A stretch of DNA of 63,091 nt, counting the filler, from Octopus bimaculoides (Eukaryota), in NCBI RefSeq assembly GCF_001194135.2. It is 4 parts of 3 records of this genome, joined end to end, with 100 filler letters (N's around TTAATTAATTAA, not from the genome) between each part and the next. Parts side by side here need not be neighbours in the genome. Positions count along the whole stretch, not along the records: positions 1 to 29,673 come from NC_068984.1; 3 more parts are not named here. The stretch is one strand, 5' to 3'. The notes beneath the pieces are model-generated. The model saw only the letters and a program-made list of their open reading frames with translations, was not told where the DNA came from and ran no database searches. The position numbers and the translations under genes were made by a program. This document shows, piece by piece, positions 1-14,609 of this stretch (position 1 is the first letter of the stretch; the number at the start of each line of letters is the position of its first letter).

Positions 1-229
1 GGCACATAAAAGACACCATTTCGAGCGTGGCCGTTTTCGTGCGGGTGACACGTAAAAGCACCCACTACACTCTCTGAGTGGTTGGCGTTAGGAAGGGCAT
101 CCAGCTGTAGAAACTCTGCCAAATCAGACTGGAGCCTGGTGTTGCCATCCGGTTTCACCAGTCCTCAGTCAAATCGTCCAACCCATGCTAGCATGGAAAG
201 CGGACGTTAAACGATGATGATGATGATGA
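1..229 (+). mobile_element. 3' part of a (GAT)n-tailed SINE-like retroposon (family A), 5' end cut off by the window edge
   Basis: Ends ...CATGCTAGCATGGAAAGCGGACGTTAAAC(GAT)n. The same sequence recurs at 14.6-15.2 kb, 18.7-19.0 kb and, inverted, at 20.96-21.25 kb. Confidence 0.9.
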
Positions 230-239
230 AGCTCCAGTC

Positions 240-648
240 CTTGTTGCAGTGTGGTGGGTTACGTGTCTTGATGACTCTGAGAGCCATGCCAGCGGAGTGC
301 AAGCTCATGATAGGGCCTCCCATGATGGATAGTTTAAAGAATAGAGTCCAGACTAATAAGGTAAAGATAGGCTTGCATAGAGCGAATACCTCTATCTAGA
401 AAAAAAGCAAAGTTATAGAAATTTCAATGACAGTTCAGAACTAACGATACTTGGGAGAGGAAGGCCTTCCCTCAGGGGAGCATATGTGTTGTAGTGTAAT
501 CTGAAAGGAAGAGCTGTAAAAGCAAGGATCCAACTGAAGAGACGCAGAAAAGAAAGACTGGAGTTGAAAGCAGTGAAGAAAATTCATTGATGGCTTATGC
601 TCCATGAAGAGTGATGTGATAAGGCTTAAGTAAGTAAAGAACATTAAG
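240..648 (+). mobile_element. Decayed, internally deleted RTE-type LINE derivative (5'-UTR-like part joined to the 3' end)
   Basis: The 3' part translates ...RKFIDGLCSMKSD, resembling RTE ORF C-termini, and is followed by a TAAGTAAGTAA tail. The 5' part (GGGTTACGTGTCTTGATGACTCTGAGAGCCATGCC...) resembles RTE/Expander 5' UTRs as recalled. Confidence 0.5.
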
Positions 649-1474
649 ACAAGACATATAAAAAGACAATAACGAATTTGTTAAAATAACTGATTTATTT
701 CTTTAATTTAATTTCAATAAGAATATAATAAAGTATTAAAGTGGGTTTTAGAGAAATAGAGAGAGAGAGAGAGAGAGAGAGAGACAATGGATCTAACATT
801 TTAATTTTTTTTTTTTTACTTTCTGTAGCTTTTTTTTCTCTTTTTGATATGTATATGATAGATCCATTTTACAGAAAAATGAAGGATCCGAGAAATTGAA
901 AGGAGGGATTAATCCGTTGAAATGAAGATGAGTAACAGTAAATACGCAAAATGTAAAAGAATATTTGAGTAAAAAATAAGTTTAAAAAACAATAAAAAAC
1001 ATCGGTAATGGTAGAAAACATAGAAGATGATGGTTGTGACTTTAGAAATGGTACAAAATATAAATAATTGTGGGCCTGACCAAGATAATGATTAAATGCA
1101 TAAAAAATGGTAGTAAAAAAAGGAAACAATGTTTGTGACTCTAGCAATGATAGAAGACATAAAACTTGAGGTCGTTACCCTTAAGATGGTAGAAACAGTT
1201 CAAGAAAATGATGGCCGTGGTAATCCATAGTACAGAATGGCTGGAGACACGCAAACTTGGAATGGTCATGACCAAAATAATGATTTAGACAGCCAACAAT
1301 TGATAATAAAATAACATTAGTCAGAATTTGAAAATATCTAAGAAACAAAATAAATATATGAAAGAAAAATCATACCATAATGACAATAACAGTAATAACA
1401 TAAAAAAGTTTGTTATCACATTAGCAGCAATATATATATATAGAAAGAAGAAACTGTCCATAATAGCTTTGTTG

Positions 1475-1480
<6 letters not shown>

Positions 1481-1573
<93 letters not shown>

Positions 1574-1588
1574 GCAGCAGCAGCAGCA
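1481..1588. repeat. (TTA)~30 followed by (GCA)5 compound trinucleotide microsatellite
   Basis: Read directly. It explains the poly-N and poly-L ORFs at 1321-1702. Confidence 0.97.
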
Positions 1589-3339
1589 ACACTGTTGTGT
1601 CTCACAAAGACTATATTTTTAGATTTCATTTCTGCCATGTTTCTTAGTGATAGTGTATTAATATTTTCCAGGCCTTCATTTAACTGCAATTATGACATTT
1701 AAGACAAAAGAAAAAAGTTGCTTTCTTTTTTCTTGTTTTTCTTTCGCTCATTTTTCTCCCCTGTTGTAATAAAGTATGTGATATTGCAAGTGAGAGGTAT
1801 CAATCATCTCAGCCAACAATAACAGCTTTGAACATGATAATATTGTAGTAACTGTTTGAGACAAAGAGAAATAATAAACTATAATGGAAAAATGAAAATA
1901 AGGAAGATTGAAATCTATTGAACAAATTGTGTGCCTGTGGATGAATATATATCTATACACACATATTTATATATGTGCAAACACACACACACAACATACT
2001 CACAAGCACACATATATATATCAACATTTTAATGTCCACTTTTTCATGCTTGAATCAATCAGACTACCTATGGCCAGATGGTCCTCTTAAACCCAACCCT
2101 ACCACCTGTTTCTGAGTAAGGTAATATTTCTCCTTAGCAAAACATGTTTCCATGAAAGACTAGAAATAAATGTATTGTATGACAGTGATGCTTGCCCACA
2201 ACTATTACACAATGTCAAAACAAGGAGACACATACACAGAAATATATATATATATAACAAGCTATGCGTAGCTGAACTCATGGAAATCCTGAAAAACTTA
2301 CATGTACCAGGGACCATACTGAACTCCAGAACAGAGATTTTGGAGTTGTGCTTGCATTTCAGGAAATTCCTGTTAGCGTTTTGGGAACCGCATAATGGTA
2401 ATAATAGTGGTATGAATGATAATTACACTACAGCTGGAAACTGATTGCTGATGAGAGTAGGAGATAACCCCCTCATAGATGACAGGTGGCATGTCTGAAG
2501 GAGGACAACAGCTGGAAATCAATGACCTGCACCAAAGGGAGATAATCTCTATTGTTTATATTTATCGTTTTCCCCTTCATATTTTAAAGAGGTCATAGGG
2601 TCTGAAGATATGCCATAAAGGTACCCTTTATGGTGAGAAACTCAGGGTCACCCTATAAACTATGAATATAGACTGCTATACTTCTTAGAGTGTGCTTCTT
2701 CTTTGGATTCATATTTTTCTAAAAAACGTTTATATATATATATATATATATATATACATACATACATACATACACACACATATATACACACACACACTCA
2801 AGTGAGTATATAAGTGCAAAACAAGGCGGAAAAAATAATACTTGAATACCAAAGGTAGAGTAATATACTTCTTATTAAAGCTGCAAAATTATCACAGAAC
2901 TATTATTCAGAGTTTCACGTTCCTGTTTGTTGGGTGATAATTTTACAGCTTTAATAAAAAGTATATATATATATATATAGTTGAAATTTATAGAAAAACA
3001 AAAGATGAAGACAAGTGTATGAACAGCAAGCAGGTGTATTAGTTTGATGCTCAGAAAAATGAAAAGGACTTTTACGTTTCAAGTATATGCTCTTCAACAG
3101 AAAGGAATAAGAGAAAATAAACAGAGAGAGAATGAAAAAAAAAAAACTTGTAGATTTAGCAGTCAAGCATGGCGAATGATTAGAAAAAAAGTTTGAATGA
3201 GGAGGTTAAAAGGAAGGGAGATAATAAAGTGCTGGTGATCCCAAATGAAGGTGCATGTGTGTATATGTGAGAACGGTGTGTATGAATGTGTGTGAATAGG
3301 GGTTAGTGACTCTGACGTGTGCGAGTGTGTGCATCTGTA

Positions 3340-3372
<33 letters not shown>

Positions 3373-4145
3373 GTGTATAGCAGTTGAGGTATGCTTTTTC
3401 ATGTGGTGTGAGTACATGTGTATATATTTATATATGTATGTTAATACCAAACAGTGAGAGTGAGTGCTCAATGCTGCACTAGAGGATAATATTCTTTATT
3501 TGTAGGTTAACAAGGTTAGTTTCATGCTGAGAATTCTCAACAATTATCAAACTTGTCATATGGGACATTGGTACTCATCTTTCTCTCTATATATTCCATG
3601 CCAGCATGGAAAGCAGACATTAAATGATATCTGATTGGTTTGTTTTAATATCCACTCACAGGGTTTTGGTTAGCCTGGAACTATATATATATATATACAT
3701 AATATATTATTTCGCTTTCTTTTTACCCCTTCCCAATCTCTCCTACTAATGGCATTAGCATAGAAGGTGGACGTTAAACGAGAATGATGATGATGATGAT
3801 ACTGCGTATGCTGTTTTCATTAGATTTTATATACGAGTTATGTTTTAATCAAGATGACTCCAATTTATTATCATATATCTTATTAGTCATGAGGAAAGCT
3901 GTAGCCATGATACTTTACAGAGCTTTCACCAATAGTACTAATAAATTGCATACCAAAATTATCTTAGAAAAATTTTGACAAATACTTTGATGTTTTTTTT
4001 TTCTATTATTATTACAATTAGCTTTTTTTACTAGAATCATTTTAGAAATGAATTTTTAACAGTTCTTTTAAGAATATTCTAATACTGATGACACAAAAAT
4101 AAAAACAGCAACACAAGCAAAATTCAAAGAAGCCATACAATTTAA

Positions 4146-4362
4146 CCCTTTCACATTTAAATTGGCCATATCCAGCCAAAATATTCTACCTGTTTTATAT
4201 TCAAACTGACTATATTTAGCCCCTCACACTTACCCTATAATGTCATACCAAAAATAATCAAACACATCATTGAAATCTCAATGCAAAAAGATAATGCATG
4301 GATAGTTCAAAATAATGTGAATAAATAAGCATTACATTTGACAAAATAATCTAAATGCTAAA
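4146..4362. mobile_element. MITE (family M1), one end degraded, inverted relative to the 43437-43658 copy
   Basis: Starts TTAA-CCCTTTCACATTTAAATTGGCCATATCCAGCC, which matches the reverse complement of the right end of the 43437 copy. Ends AATGCTAAA. Confidence 0.75.
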
Positions 4363-5444
4363 TATCATCACACAGATGCAAGGACTTATTGGCATTTGCT
4401 TTCTTTTGGACAACATTGATAGGCTGGAAGAAAGAAAGAGAGAGTGAGAGAGGCTTGCATGCATGAGCAACTGCTAGTTTTCCATAAAAAAAGTTCTTGT
4501 CTAGGACTGCTCTTAGGATACATACAGAGACTTTGTATATATAATCTTTACAACAGGTATGGACAGCCTTTTACAAGAAGAGAGTCACGTGAAACATAGC
4601 TCATTATCAAACAGGCAACTAATTTTTTTTTTAAGCGGTGTTGTGCCTTTTAGAAGTTTGCCCAAGACTGCTTTGCAACAATGCCACTGTATCCATCAGT
4701 ATTATTAAAGAAATGGAATATAATACTATTTGTATAAGTATAATGCAAAAGTTCTCAGTACAAGTAAGTTTTAATTTACTTTTAGGGTTTTTAAAAAGTG
4801 AGAAGTATTTATAGTTTTTTTTTTAAAGAATACAACTAAAAAATAAGGATAACTAGGTGAGGTTACTGCAATGACAGTTTAATTTGATTTGTTGAAGGTT
4901 AATAGATTGTGGGAAACTGAGAAGAGTACAGAGATTCTGTAAGGATATAGAGAAATATATATTTAACCATTTTTCAATTGTGTTATTTTTCCTTAATTTT
5001 CCTGTATAGAAATGATGTCTGAAGTGTTTAAGAAAGAAGAGAAATAAGAAGATGCAACATTTAATACCTTTCTTACAAATGTATGTAATATTAATAAAAT
5101 GGAATGATTATTAGTGTGAAACAAAACTGGGCCACAGCAAGTACCATACAGGATACTTGTTACCCCTAGTTATCGTTTAATATTTTCTCATATAAGCATA
5201 GTACTTCTCTTATGTTTCCATTCACATCTATGATTTATTTTAAGATTATAAATGGACCTTAGTATTTGAATGGTACTTTACCAGCCCTAAAAGGATGAAA
5301 AGTAGAGTTGGTCATGATAATTAAATGCCACAAAGCATTTAATGCTTGAATGACCTACCAATCCATGTTTCTAATATGATTGGAAGAAGGAATTATTAGT
5401 GATGACACTTGCACCTTTCTAAAGACTATTAATAACTTTCATAG

Positions 5445-5635
5445 ACACAAGACCACAAATTTGTAAAGGTAGAGGAGTATAGTTGATAGAATCAACACCA
5501 TAAACTGGCATATATTTTATTATCCCTGGAGGGATGAAAGGCCAAGTCAACCCTGGTGATATTTGAACTCTGAACATAAAGTGACAAAACCAAATACGGG
5601 GCAGCTTTTAATCTAGCACTCTACTGTTTCTGCCA
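5445..5635 (-). mobile_element. Degenerate tRNA-type SINE (family B)
   Basis: GGGATGAAAGGCCAAGTCAACCCTGGTGATATTTGAACTCTGAAC matches the better-preserved copies at 44690-44904 and 50590-51000. Confidence 0.65.
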
Positions 5636-6755
5636 TTCCAATACCTTCAATTTTATATTACTGATAAGTAGGATAGATGATGACAAATTTGGAAAAGAAA
5701 AGAGAGTTATTTTAGTTGTACAAACAACTAAAAGATATTCAATCCAACACAGATTTAGATGATTGTCTCACATGCTTTAAGAATAAGGTATTTATGGTTT
5801 AGATAATACTTTGAGCAATAATTAAAAAACCCTTAAAGAAGCAAGGGCAAAAAAAATAGGGATATGATGGTGGTGGTAGTAGTAGTAGTAATTGATAATG
5901 ACGGTTGATATCAAGTAAAATATTTATCTCACACAATTGAGATAAATACAGGTTAGTTGCTTGACATTTTGTAATTAGAGATATGTGTTAATGAGTAATG
6001 AACCCAGGGGGAAATTATGGTGTTCATGCCTTTCACAAAGGCATTGGTGGTGTAAGTGAAATGAAATAGTTACAACTAAGTATCAAAACCAGATAACAAA
6101 ATTCTGTTGGCTAGGTGCATACTTTCAACTTTACAGCACTTGCCAAGGATTATGGTTAAAAAACAAACTATTAATTTATTGATTTTATATGGGAAGGGCT
6201 AAAATGGAGAGTTTGATGAATAGAGTTTTATTATTGAAAAAAAAAAAGAAAAATTGGATAATCTTAGTTATTCACAACTTTACAGAATTATTAAGAAACT
6301 AAATTGTAGGACAAAAAAATTCATTAATATTGACATCTTACATTGGAACAGAGCCACACATTTGCCAGGAAAGGGTAGAAGTTGACTGAATTAACCACAA
6401 TGCATGGCTGGTCCTAATTTTATTGGCTGTGGTCATATGAAAGATGAAGTCAACTGCAGTGAGATTTATAACTGTGTACTCTGCATGTACCTTTGGCTAT
6501 TATTACCCTCTTTCTTTACCTGTCTTACTGCTGTTTACTGGCTCTTTTTTTCTTCTCTTTTCTGATGAGCTTTAGTACACATGAGCACTGTATACACTTA
6601 ATTCATTATCATAAATATTATATAATACAAATACAGAAATAAATATTTCAAAAGCATCTAAGCCCAATGCTTTATCATTTCAGTTGACTCATACCTTCCA
6701 TGAGTATTAATATTTTTATTTTATTAAGAATACATAAATTGTCACACATATACAG

Positions 6756-6810
<55 letters not shown>

Positions 6811-7050
6811 GACACACACATAGAGTGAAAGAGAAAATACCTTACATAAAAAAAAATTGATTTCTTACATAATAAAAAAAAAAAGAATTGAAATTGTAAC
6901 ATGCATTGTAAAGGAAAGTATCAACAAGACATGATTAAAATCTTCACTCATAGTGAAACAGAAAGATTTCATCAGTTATGAATCAGACTATGTATGTATG
7001 TGATATGTAACAAAGTTATTTCTTTATATTACTGTGAGAGTACATATGTA

Positions 7051-7917
7051 CAAAGGAGTACCCAAAAGTAACCGGAAACGTTCTCTGTGGGACAAGCCCG
7101 CTGTAGTCCAGGCTTCCACTGCTAGAAGTCACTTGATGCAACCCTCAGGCATCAGTCTGCAAATGGCATTGTCCAATGAGGTCATACTGCCACATGGTAC
7201 ATCTTTGCTTTGCAGTGCTTCTCTCCTGTTCGTTGATTTTTGTGATGGCTGAAACAAAGGAACAGCATGCTTCCATAAAATTCTGTTTTCTGGTGGGGAA
7301 AACAGTGGCTGAAACAGTTGTCATGTTTCAAACAGCTTACAAGGGTGCTGCCATGAGCAAAACACAAGTTTTCCTTTAGGAATGGTCACTTGTCACTTGA
7401 GGACCCACCTCGATCAGGGGAATTGTCGACCTGAAAGAATGAAAATATCATGAAAATTCATGAACTGATCTTGGAGGACCATCACTGAACAATTGACAAA
7501 CTTGCTGATATGACTGATGTGTCTTGGAGCTCCTGCCAACGAATTTTGAGTGAGGAATTGTGAATGAAAAGAGTTGCAGCAAAATTTGTGCCTTGCTTGC
7601 TCACAGAAGATCAAAAGCAGTCACAACTAAATGTTTGTTGTGAACTGAAAGAACAGTTGGAAGTTGATCGGGACCTTTTTTTGAAAGTCATCACTGGTGA
7701 CGAAAGCTGATGCTACGGAATTTGCAGATGTGGAAGAGGGGAAGGAAAAAATCGAAGGAGGTGTTAAAATGTATCATTTCACAAGAGTTCCAGCACTGCT
7801 TGAAACAGTGAAAAGCCTGTCTGGAGAACATTTTGAAGGCAATAAAAGTGTAAACATGTAAAACTAAGTGAATAAAATAATATTGGAAAATTCTGGCTTC
7901 TTTTGGGTACCCCCTTG
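7051..7917 (+). mobile_element. Mariner-type DNA transposon, internally deleted, transposase pseudogene
   Basis: Imperfect ~28-bp TIRs (CAAAGGAGTACCCAAAAGTAACCGGAAA / TTCTGGCTTCTTTTGGGTACCCCCTTG) flanked by TA. Remnants: from ATG 7245 MAETKEQHASIKFCFLVGKTVAETVVMFQTAY (HTH), then KRVAAKFVP, VITGDES (first catalytic D) and C-terminal EHFEG. Stops and frameshifts are present. Confidence 0.92.
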
Positions 7918-10900
7918 TAATATGTCTTTGCTTGTGTGTATGTACATGGGTAAATGTATGAGTGAATGATGTTCAAATCACAGTGACCAAGAAGGTAAAG
8001 TGTGTGTGTGCGTGTGTAAACCACCAGCATCACTTGCAAGTGAGTATGACATGGTAGCATGTACCATTTTCCATCAGTTACTTTAGATATATATGTAGTC
8101 ATAAAGAAGAAATGGACGACCCCTTGGCTCTTCCATCTTGGCCCCAACAAAACATCAAGAATGCGACAGTTGGAGGAAGAGAGGGCAGCACCAGCATTCA
8201 GTTGTCCTCATTTACAGCTGAATAAACTGGTGCAATGTTCAAGAGCACAATACATAATCTTGTCCATGAATCAAACCAAGTTTATACTCATGAATCTAAG
8301 AACTAAACCCATACACCATGTACTTTCACATAAATACATACATAAACATATATATATATATATATATGTATATAATGATATGATAACCATAGTTGAAGTA
8401 TGTGATTAATGGTTATAAGGAAAAAACAATTCTATGGAGATTTATTTTTGATCCAAGAATCAAATTCTTACATTTAGGACTTATATATAACTAGAGATTT
8501 GAAAAGAACTTCCCACAAATAAATAACCATGTTTTATATATATATATAAAACTTTGTGTGCGTGTGTGTATATATATATATATATATACATACATACACA
8601 CACACATACATAATAGTATTTAGAATAGCACTAAACTTCTTTTTACTATGCAATCAACTAGATTGAAAGAAAATGAACCATTTAATCATTTCTATAAGAA
8701 GAAAAAGAGAAAAATAGCAATCAACATTATCTTAAATTGAGAACAAAAAAAGTTCACTTAATTTCACAATTTTCAGTAAAAAAAAAAAAAAAAAGAATTG
8801 AGATAAAAATATGAAAAGGATGAATGCTTAAAACGTTCCACCAGCAACTTCCTGCTAAGAAAGTAGATATTTTATTTGTTTGTTTTATGGCCAATTTTGT
8901 AAGGAGAAGAATAACATTGATTGCATCAACCAAGGTATTTTCCTGGTATTTATTTCAGTGGTTTTACTGGAAGTGGGTGAATAACAAATTCATCTTTGCT
9001 AGGATTTGAAATCAGAATAAAGTGAGCAGAAAATAAACACTCTAAAGGATTTGGTTAAGTGTTCTATTGTGTAGCAGGAGATTACACCTCTCAGTATTTA
9101 ATTTGTTGATACACATCACCATTGGCATGAAGAATGAAAGTAAATTTAAGACAACAGCAGAATTTGACCTCAAGACACTGAGATAATGGACCTGATGGTA
9201 TAAAAGCATTGATGCTGCTTATGATAAACTAATGTAGATATGAAATGAAAGACTTTTAAAAGAGATGAAGTGGTGTTCATGATGTTCTATTTAGCATTAG
9301 CTAATTAATGTATGAAAAGGGGAATTAGATGTATTTGTTGAACCAAATCCATTTTGCATTATTCAGATAACCAGGCTCTTATCTCACTATTCTGATGACA
9401 TACGTTTTTGTGAAAATGAGTTCATATCTTGTGGAATACAGAGGATTCTAAGCTGAAACCATTTTATTAGTTTTCAAAAATAATGATTAGAAAACAATTC
9501 TACACTTGCTTTATGTGAAACGGTCATCAGCATCAGCATCACCACGATCGTCACATAAACATCAAGATAAGAAGAGTTATATACCCTGCACAGAATCACA
9601 ACACTATGGCTGCAGTGATTTTCAAATTAATTTCCATGAAATCAGTAGTCAAGCTGATATACTAAGAATATATATATATATATATATATATATACAAATA
9701 TATATATATATACAAATATATATTTATACAAATATATATTTATACACATACATACATATATATAGAAATTATCATTAAGTGTTTATATAAAATCTTTTCA
9801 CTTTTTTTATGCAGTCTTGCATATTCTTTGTGCTATTATTCACATCATCCAAACAACAAAGAGAATCCAATGATGACTTGGGCTGTTGTACAATTATAGA
9901 AAAGGGATTCCACATTATTTCTCATTGTGAGAAATAATTATGCTTCTCATGAGACCAGATCCAATGTGGAGTTGATTAAGATATTTTCACAGAAATTAAC
10001 ACACACCTGGATTCACAAAGCAAAATCTCCAAGTTCATAGAAATATAAAATATTTGACATTGATCCAGTTTCAGTAATTCCCTTATACAAATAACTTTCA
10101 CTTTACTTATGTCTGCCAAACAATTAATTTTGATGGATTATGCAAGCTGGAGCCATCATTCAAAACTATAATCCTACAGGTTATAGGCCAAACATGCCAT
10201 CTAGTTTAACACCACTAACTGGTCCATGAGAAGAATTCACTCTGTTGTAAGTATCCAGACTAGAAAAGAATGGACTAAACTCAAGTTCCTTTTCTACCAA
10301 CATTTTCCCTGCAGATCTCAAAGTTTGGCCTCACCTGCATCAATGTTGTTTGTCTGAAATAACTTGCAAAGGTCAAGGCAATGTTCTGACTAATGCTTTT
10401 AAAAACATTATTTAATTAGTTTGAAATCTATGCAGAACATCATTCTCCTATATATCTCAATTGTGTGTTATTTCTTATGAAAACAGGGCATTTTAATAAG
10501 TCTTTTTTGATAATAACAGGAAATCTTGTGAAAAAAAGTCCTCAGATTTATAGCACTGGAAAGATGAGCCTATGTCATGTTTATACTTTCTCAGAACTCA
10601 AGTGATGTAAGTTAAAGTCTACAACCAAGATATTTGAGACAAGAGTGTTAACTTTTTCTATGTTCTAAGTTCAAAATCCTGCTGACTTAGCTTTGACTTC
10701 CATTGCACTGAAAATGAATATCAGGTATTAATCAATTTAATAAAATGTATGGTTTTGGGTTATTGTTGTTGTTATAGTTTTGGTGATGTCAACTCAAAAA
10801 AAAAAGACAGAAAAATGAAGTACAAGATTTGAGGATTATGAGATTTAAAGAGTTCAGATTAGCAAAGTATTAGTTTTGTTGTTCATCTCTCTCTACAATG

Positions 10901-13900
10901 TCACTGAGAAAATAATTCCCAGCAATATACCTGAGTTGATTCAATTGTCATATTTCTGTAAAAGAAATTGGCCTTGTGACTAGTCAAAACAAACAAATAA
11001 TAATAATAATAATAATAATAATATGTTGAAAACAAAAACAATTTGCATACAAAGAAAAGTAATAAAAAACAGATTCTTTTTATTAAAAATATATATATAC
11101 TGTATTTTCATATTTGAAGAATATTCCATGATATACAAATTATTATAGTTGTTTGTATGATTTTTAATAAAAAAAATAAAAACAAATGGATAACAAGAAA
11201 AAAACATGCGAAAAGGATCATTAAAACTATAAATTCCAGTGTTAAAACCAAAGCATTTGTGTGTTTGTGCTTGTGTGAGTGTATCTTGCTCTTCATATAC
11301 ATGACCATTTTTTTTTTCTGTGATAGCATGCAGGACTGGATTTGATGAATAGAGGCCCAAAACTATTTCCCTTCTGAGGGCCCCTCCCAAACCACTACTC
11401 TCAACTAGAATTATTGAAATATGCCCTGGCCAGAGAGTCCTGAGATTTTGAAGCTTCAGGCTTCAGCTTGACAAGCAAACAGGTAAATCCAGCACTGGTA
11501 GAATGAATAAGATGTGTTTTGTGGGGCAACTGTTTTCAAATGCTCTTCTTACTAATAATAACCACTCACTTGTCAAGTATGAGTGAAACTTTTCATTATT
11601 ACTTAAGCAAAACAAGACAAGAAGAGTTCCATACCATACTTAGAGAAACCATATTTTGACTGTCAGAAAGTTTGAACAAATTTCTCTGTAACCAGTAGTC
11701 TACTTAATACAACAGTAATTCACTTCTGTGAATAGTAAATTTTCTATGCTTTAATAATTGTTAAACACTTTGAAAAGTAATTATTGAAATTTCAGACAAC
11801 TTTTCTAGTCTCTACGTTAATTAGATTTCTCTCGTGTAGATTTATCTTAAAGACATAATTTCTAACATAGGAAAAGGGGACCAGTTGATTATATTTATCC
11901 TGGTTCTTGAGTTCAGAAGGATAAAAGGTAAAGTTAACTTGGGTGAGATTCAATCTCAGAATGTTAGGGAAAACAACTAAAGACTGCATGACATTTTGTC
12001 TGATGCAAAACTGACTTTACCAATCCACTCAATAATTGCTTATAGAGAACTGCAGCTGAATTGGTTGCTAGAGTGTAGGCCTTCCAACATTAAAGAGAAC
12101 AGTTAGTTCACATTTATTACAATTATTATTTTTTCTATTTCAAAATATTTTCTCCCTTCATAATATGTTGGTGTCAATAATTGTTATAAACTGGAAAGTA
12201 AAATCCATAAATGTATAATTCATGTTATATTTAATACATCCAAGATGAATTATCCAACAATCACAACTCCAAAAGGTAATGAAAAATGGAGTTTTTTTTT
12301 ATACAAATGAAATAAATATAGAAAAGATAAATGTTAGTTTCGACAAATATCTACACACTATCAGATAAATATTTGTACAATCTTTTTTTTCCCCACCATT
12401 CATGAACATCTAAGTTTTATAAAACTGGTATTTATTTCCAGTTTGTGTGGCATTAAGCAAAAGGGACAAGAGTCTCCTTTGGATAAAATGCCAGTCCATT
12501 TTCCCATAAGTAGGTTTGAGCTCAGCACTGCAAGTCAATAGATACCTTTTCAATTTTAACAGTGCTGTCTCACACAAGGTAAACATAAGGCCACTGACAG
12601 GATGCGAACTACTAAATGGAAGGCTGGTGTCTGCATCCCATCAATTCAGCCATCTGCTTACTCTATATGATTTTTAAAGATGCAATTAAAAACAACGTTA
12701 AAAAAATATAAATAAAAAACAAAAAAAAATGTTTAATATTTTTCAGCAATGAATATTAATTACAGGCAAATTTAAAGAATTAAGTTTCACATAATCACTG
12801 GCCAACCACACTTGAGGTAAGTCTTGTAAGTTCTCAAATAATACAATGAATATTTGAGTGAAAGTATATAAAGAAAACAAAGCCAAGAAAGCTTTTGTTA
12901 CTGATATTGGAATTGACTCTGCAAATACAAATTGGTATAAATTTCGGCTGATGAATTTCTGAAGCAAATTTGGGCTAATCAAAATATTAGATTACGCTCT
13001 GAGCAAACTAATTTGAAGTTTATTAAGTCTGCATCAAAATCAAACTGGAAATTTTTGTTAAGAATATTAACAACATCAAAAAATCACAATAATCAAAAAC
13101 CAAAAAAAAAAAAAAAAAAATTCATATTTTTTAAAAACATGTTCATAACAAACTGTTGCAATATTTTATGAGACAAAATGTAAAAGCAATTTTGTTAGCA
13201 AAATGGCTTGTTTAGATAATACGTTTTCAAAACATAACTTGGTTGAATAATTTATAAAAATAACTGAACTATATGACTGGACACAACAAAATTTTGAAAG
13301 AACCAAAATAATTGGGCAATGAAGAATTCAACTGAAATTCTTACATTTTTTAAAGAATTTTAAATGAAACTCTACATCATTATGACACTCAACATGAATG
13401 TGTGTGTGTGTATGTGTGCAAGTGTATACAGATATATACATACATGTATATGTGTGTGTGTCTGTATATATATATATATATATATATACATATGATTTAG
13501 AGTACTTATTTGAACTATGGTCTTTCCAGATGTATATTGGCATATTCTACTATATATCCTTATCTATACACAGAGAGATAGAAAGAGAGAGAGGGTGAGA
13601 GAGAGTTCTTATAACCGATTCTTGAATTTCTAACAGTGTTGATTAGAAGAGCTTGAGTTCTGCATGTATTCAATAAGATCAGACTGATGACATCTCTCTA
13701 TGAGTAATAACATCTCTGTTGACAACCTTAAAATTAATACTCTGAAAGACAATTACAACTAATTTTACATAATGCCATCAAATTAATCTGCTTAAAAGAT
13801 AAGTTGGTAATCACTGATAAAATCATTTCAAATTAAAATGTAAAAATGATGAAAATATCATAAGTTTCATTGTTGCCTTAATTAAGTTTGTTTCTGGTCT

Positions 13901-13932
13901 CTTTTTACTATCACAATAGGCACTGTGTCAAT

Positions 13933-14146
13933 TTAACCCTTTTGATGTCAACACACCTGAGGGTGCTCGCGGTTCTAGGATACAAACTTCATGTTTTAAA
14001 GTGATCTAAATTAAAAACCTGCTTATTAAATTTTTATGTTGATGTACATCTCAAACACCAGCTTAATAATGACAAAGCTATTTTACTAAATTCTTATTTT
14101 CAAAATTAATTTAGACAGAAATATTATATCATAATAAAAAGGTTAA
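13933..14146. mobile_element. piggyBac-like MITE (family M2)
   Basis: TTAA-CCCTTTT...AAAAAGG-TTAA termini, i.e. TTAA target site plus a CCC-start TIR. A related degraded copy lies at about 40000-40190. Confidence 0.65.
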
Positions 14147-14184
14147 ATTTGCACATCACAAGCATCAAGTTATATATATAAATA

Positions 14185-14252
<68 letters not shown>

Positions 14253-14609
14253 TATATATATATGTGAGAGAGAGAGAGAGAGAGAGCAACAGAGAACTAT
14301 TTGCTAACATTTCCTGTCTACAAATTGTCTGCTAGCACTATGCATTCAAATTCCTCTGCAATAAAAAGACTATTACTTGAAAAACACGTAAGGGTTGATG
14401 ACAGGAAGAGCATCCAGTCCTAAAAATCCTGCCTCAAATATCTTCCCAGCTAACCCATGATTGCATGCAATAACAGACATTAAATCCACAAACAAATAAA
14501 GACACACACACATATATAAATATATATATATATATGTATATATGTCAATTCATCTGTTTAAATGTGCTGGTGTGTATTATTATTATTGACATCACAATCA
14601 AAATCAAAT

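Noticed and set aside
1321-1702. Poly-Asn / poly-Leu ORFs, and the many YIYI, CVCV, THTH and X-rich ORFs across the track
   Set aside because: These are translations of microsatellites or N gaps.
12741-13090. Exon-like signals (TTTCAG...GAG|GTAAGT) and a following coding-looking stretch (KAFVTDIGID.../FLKQIWANQNIRL...)
   Set aside because: The bounded segment has stops in all three frames, the downstream stretch needs a frameshift, and I recognise no motif.
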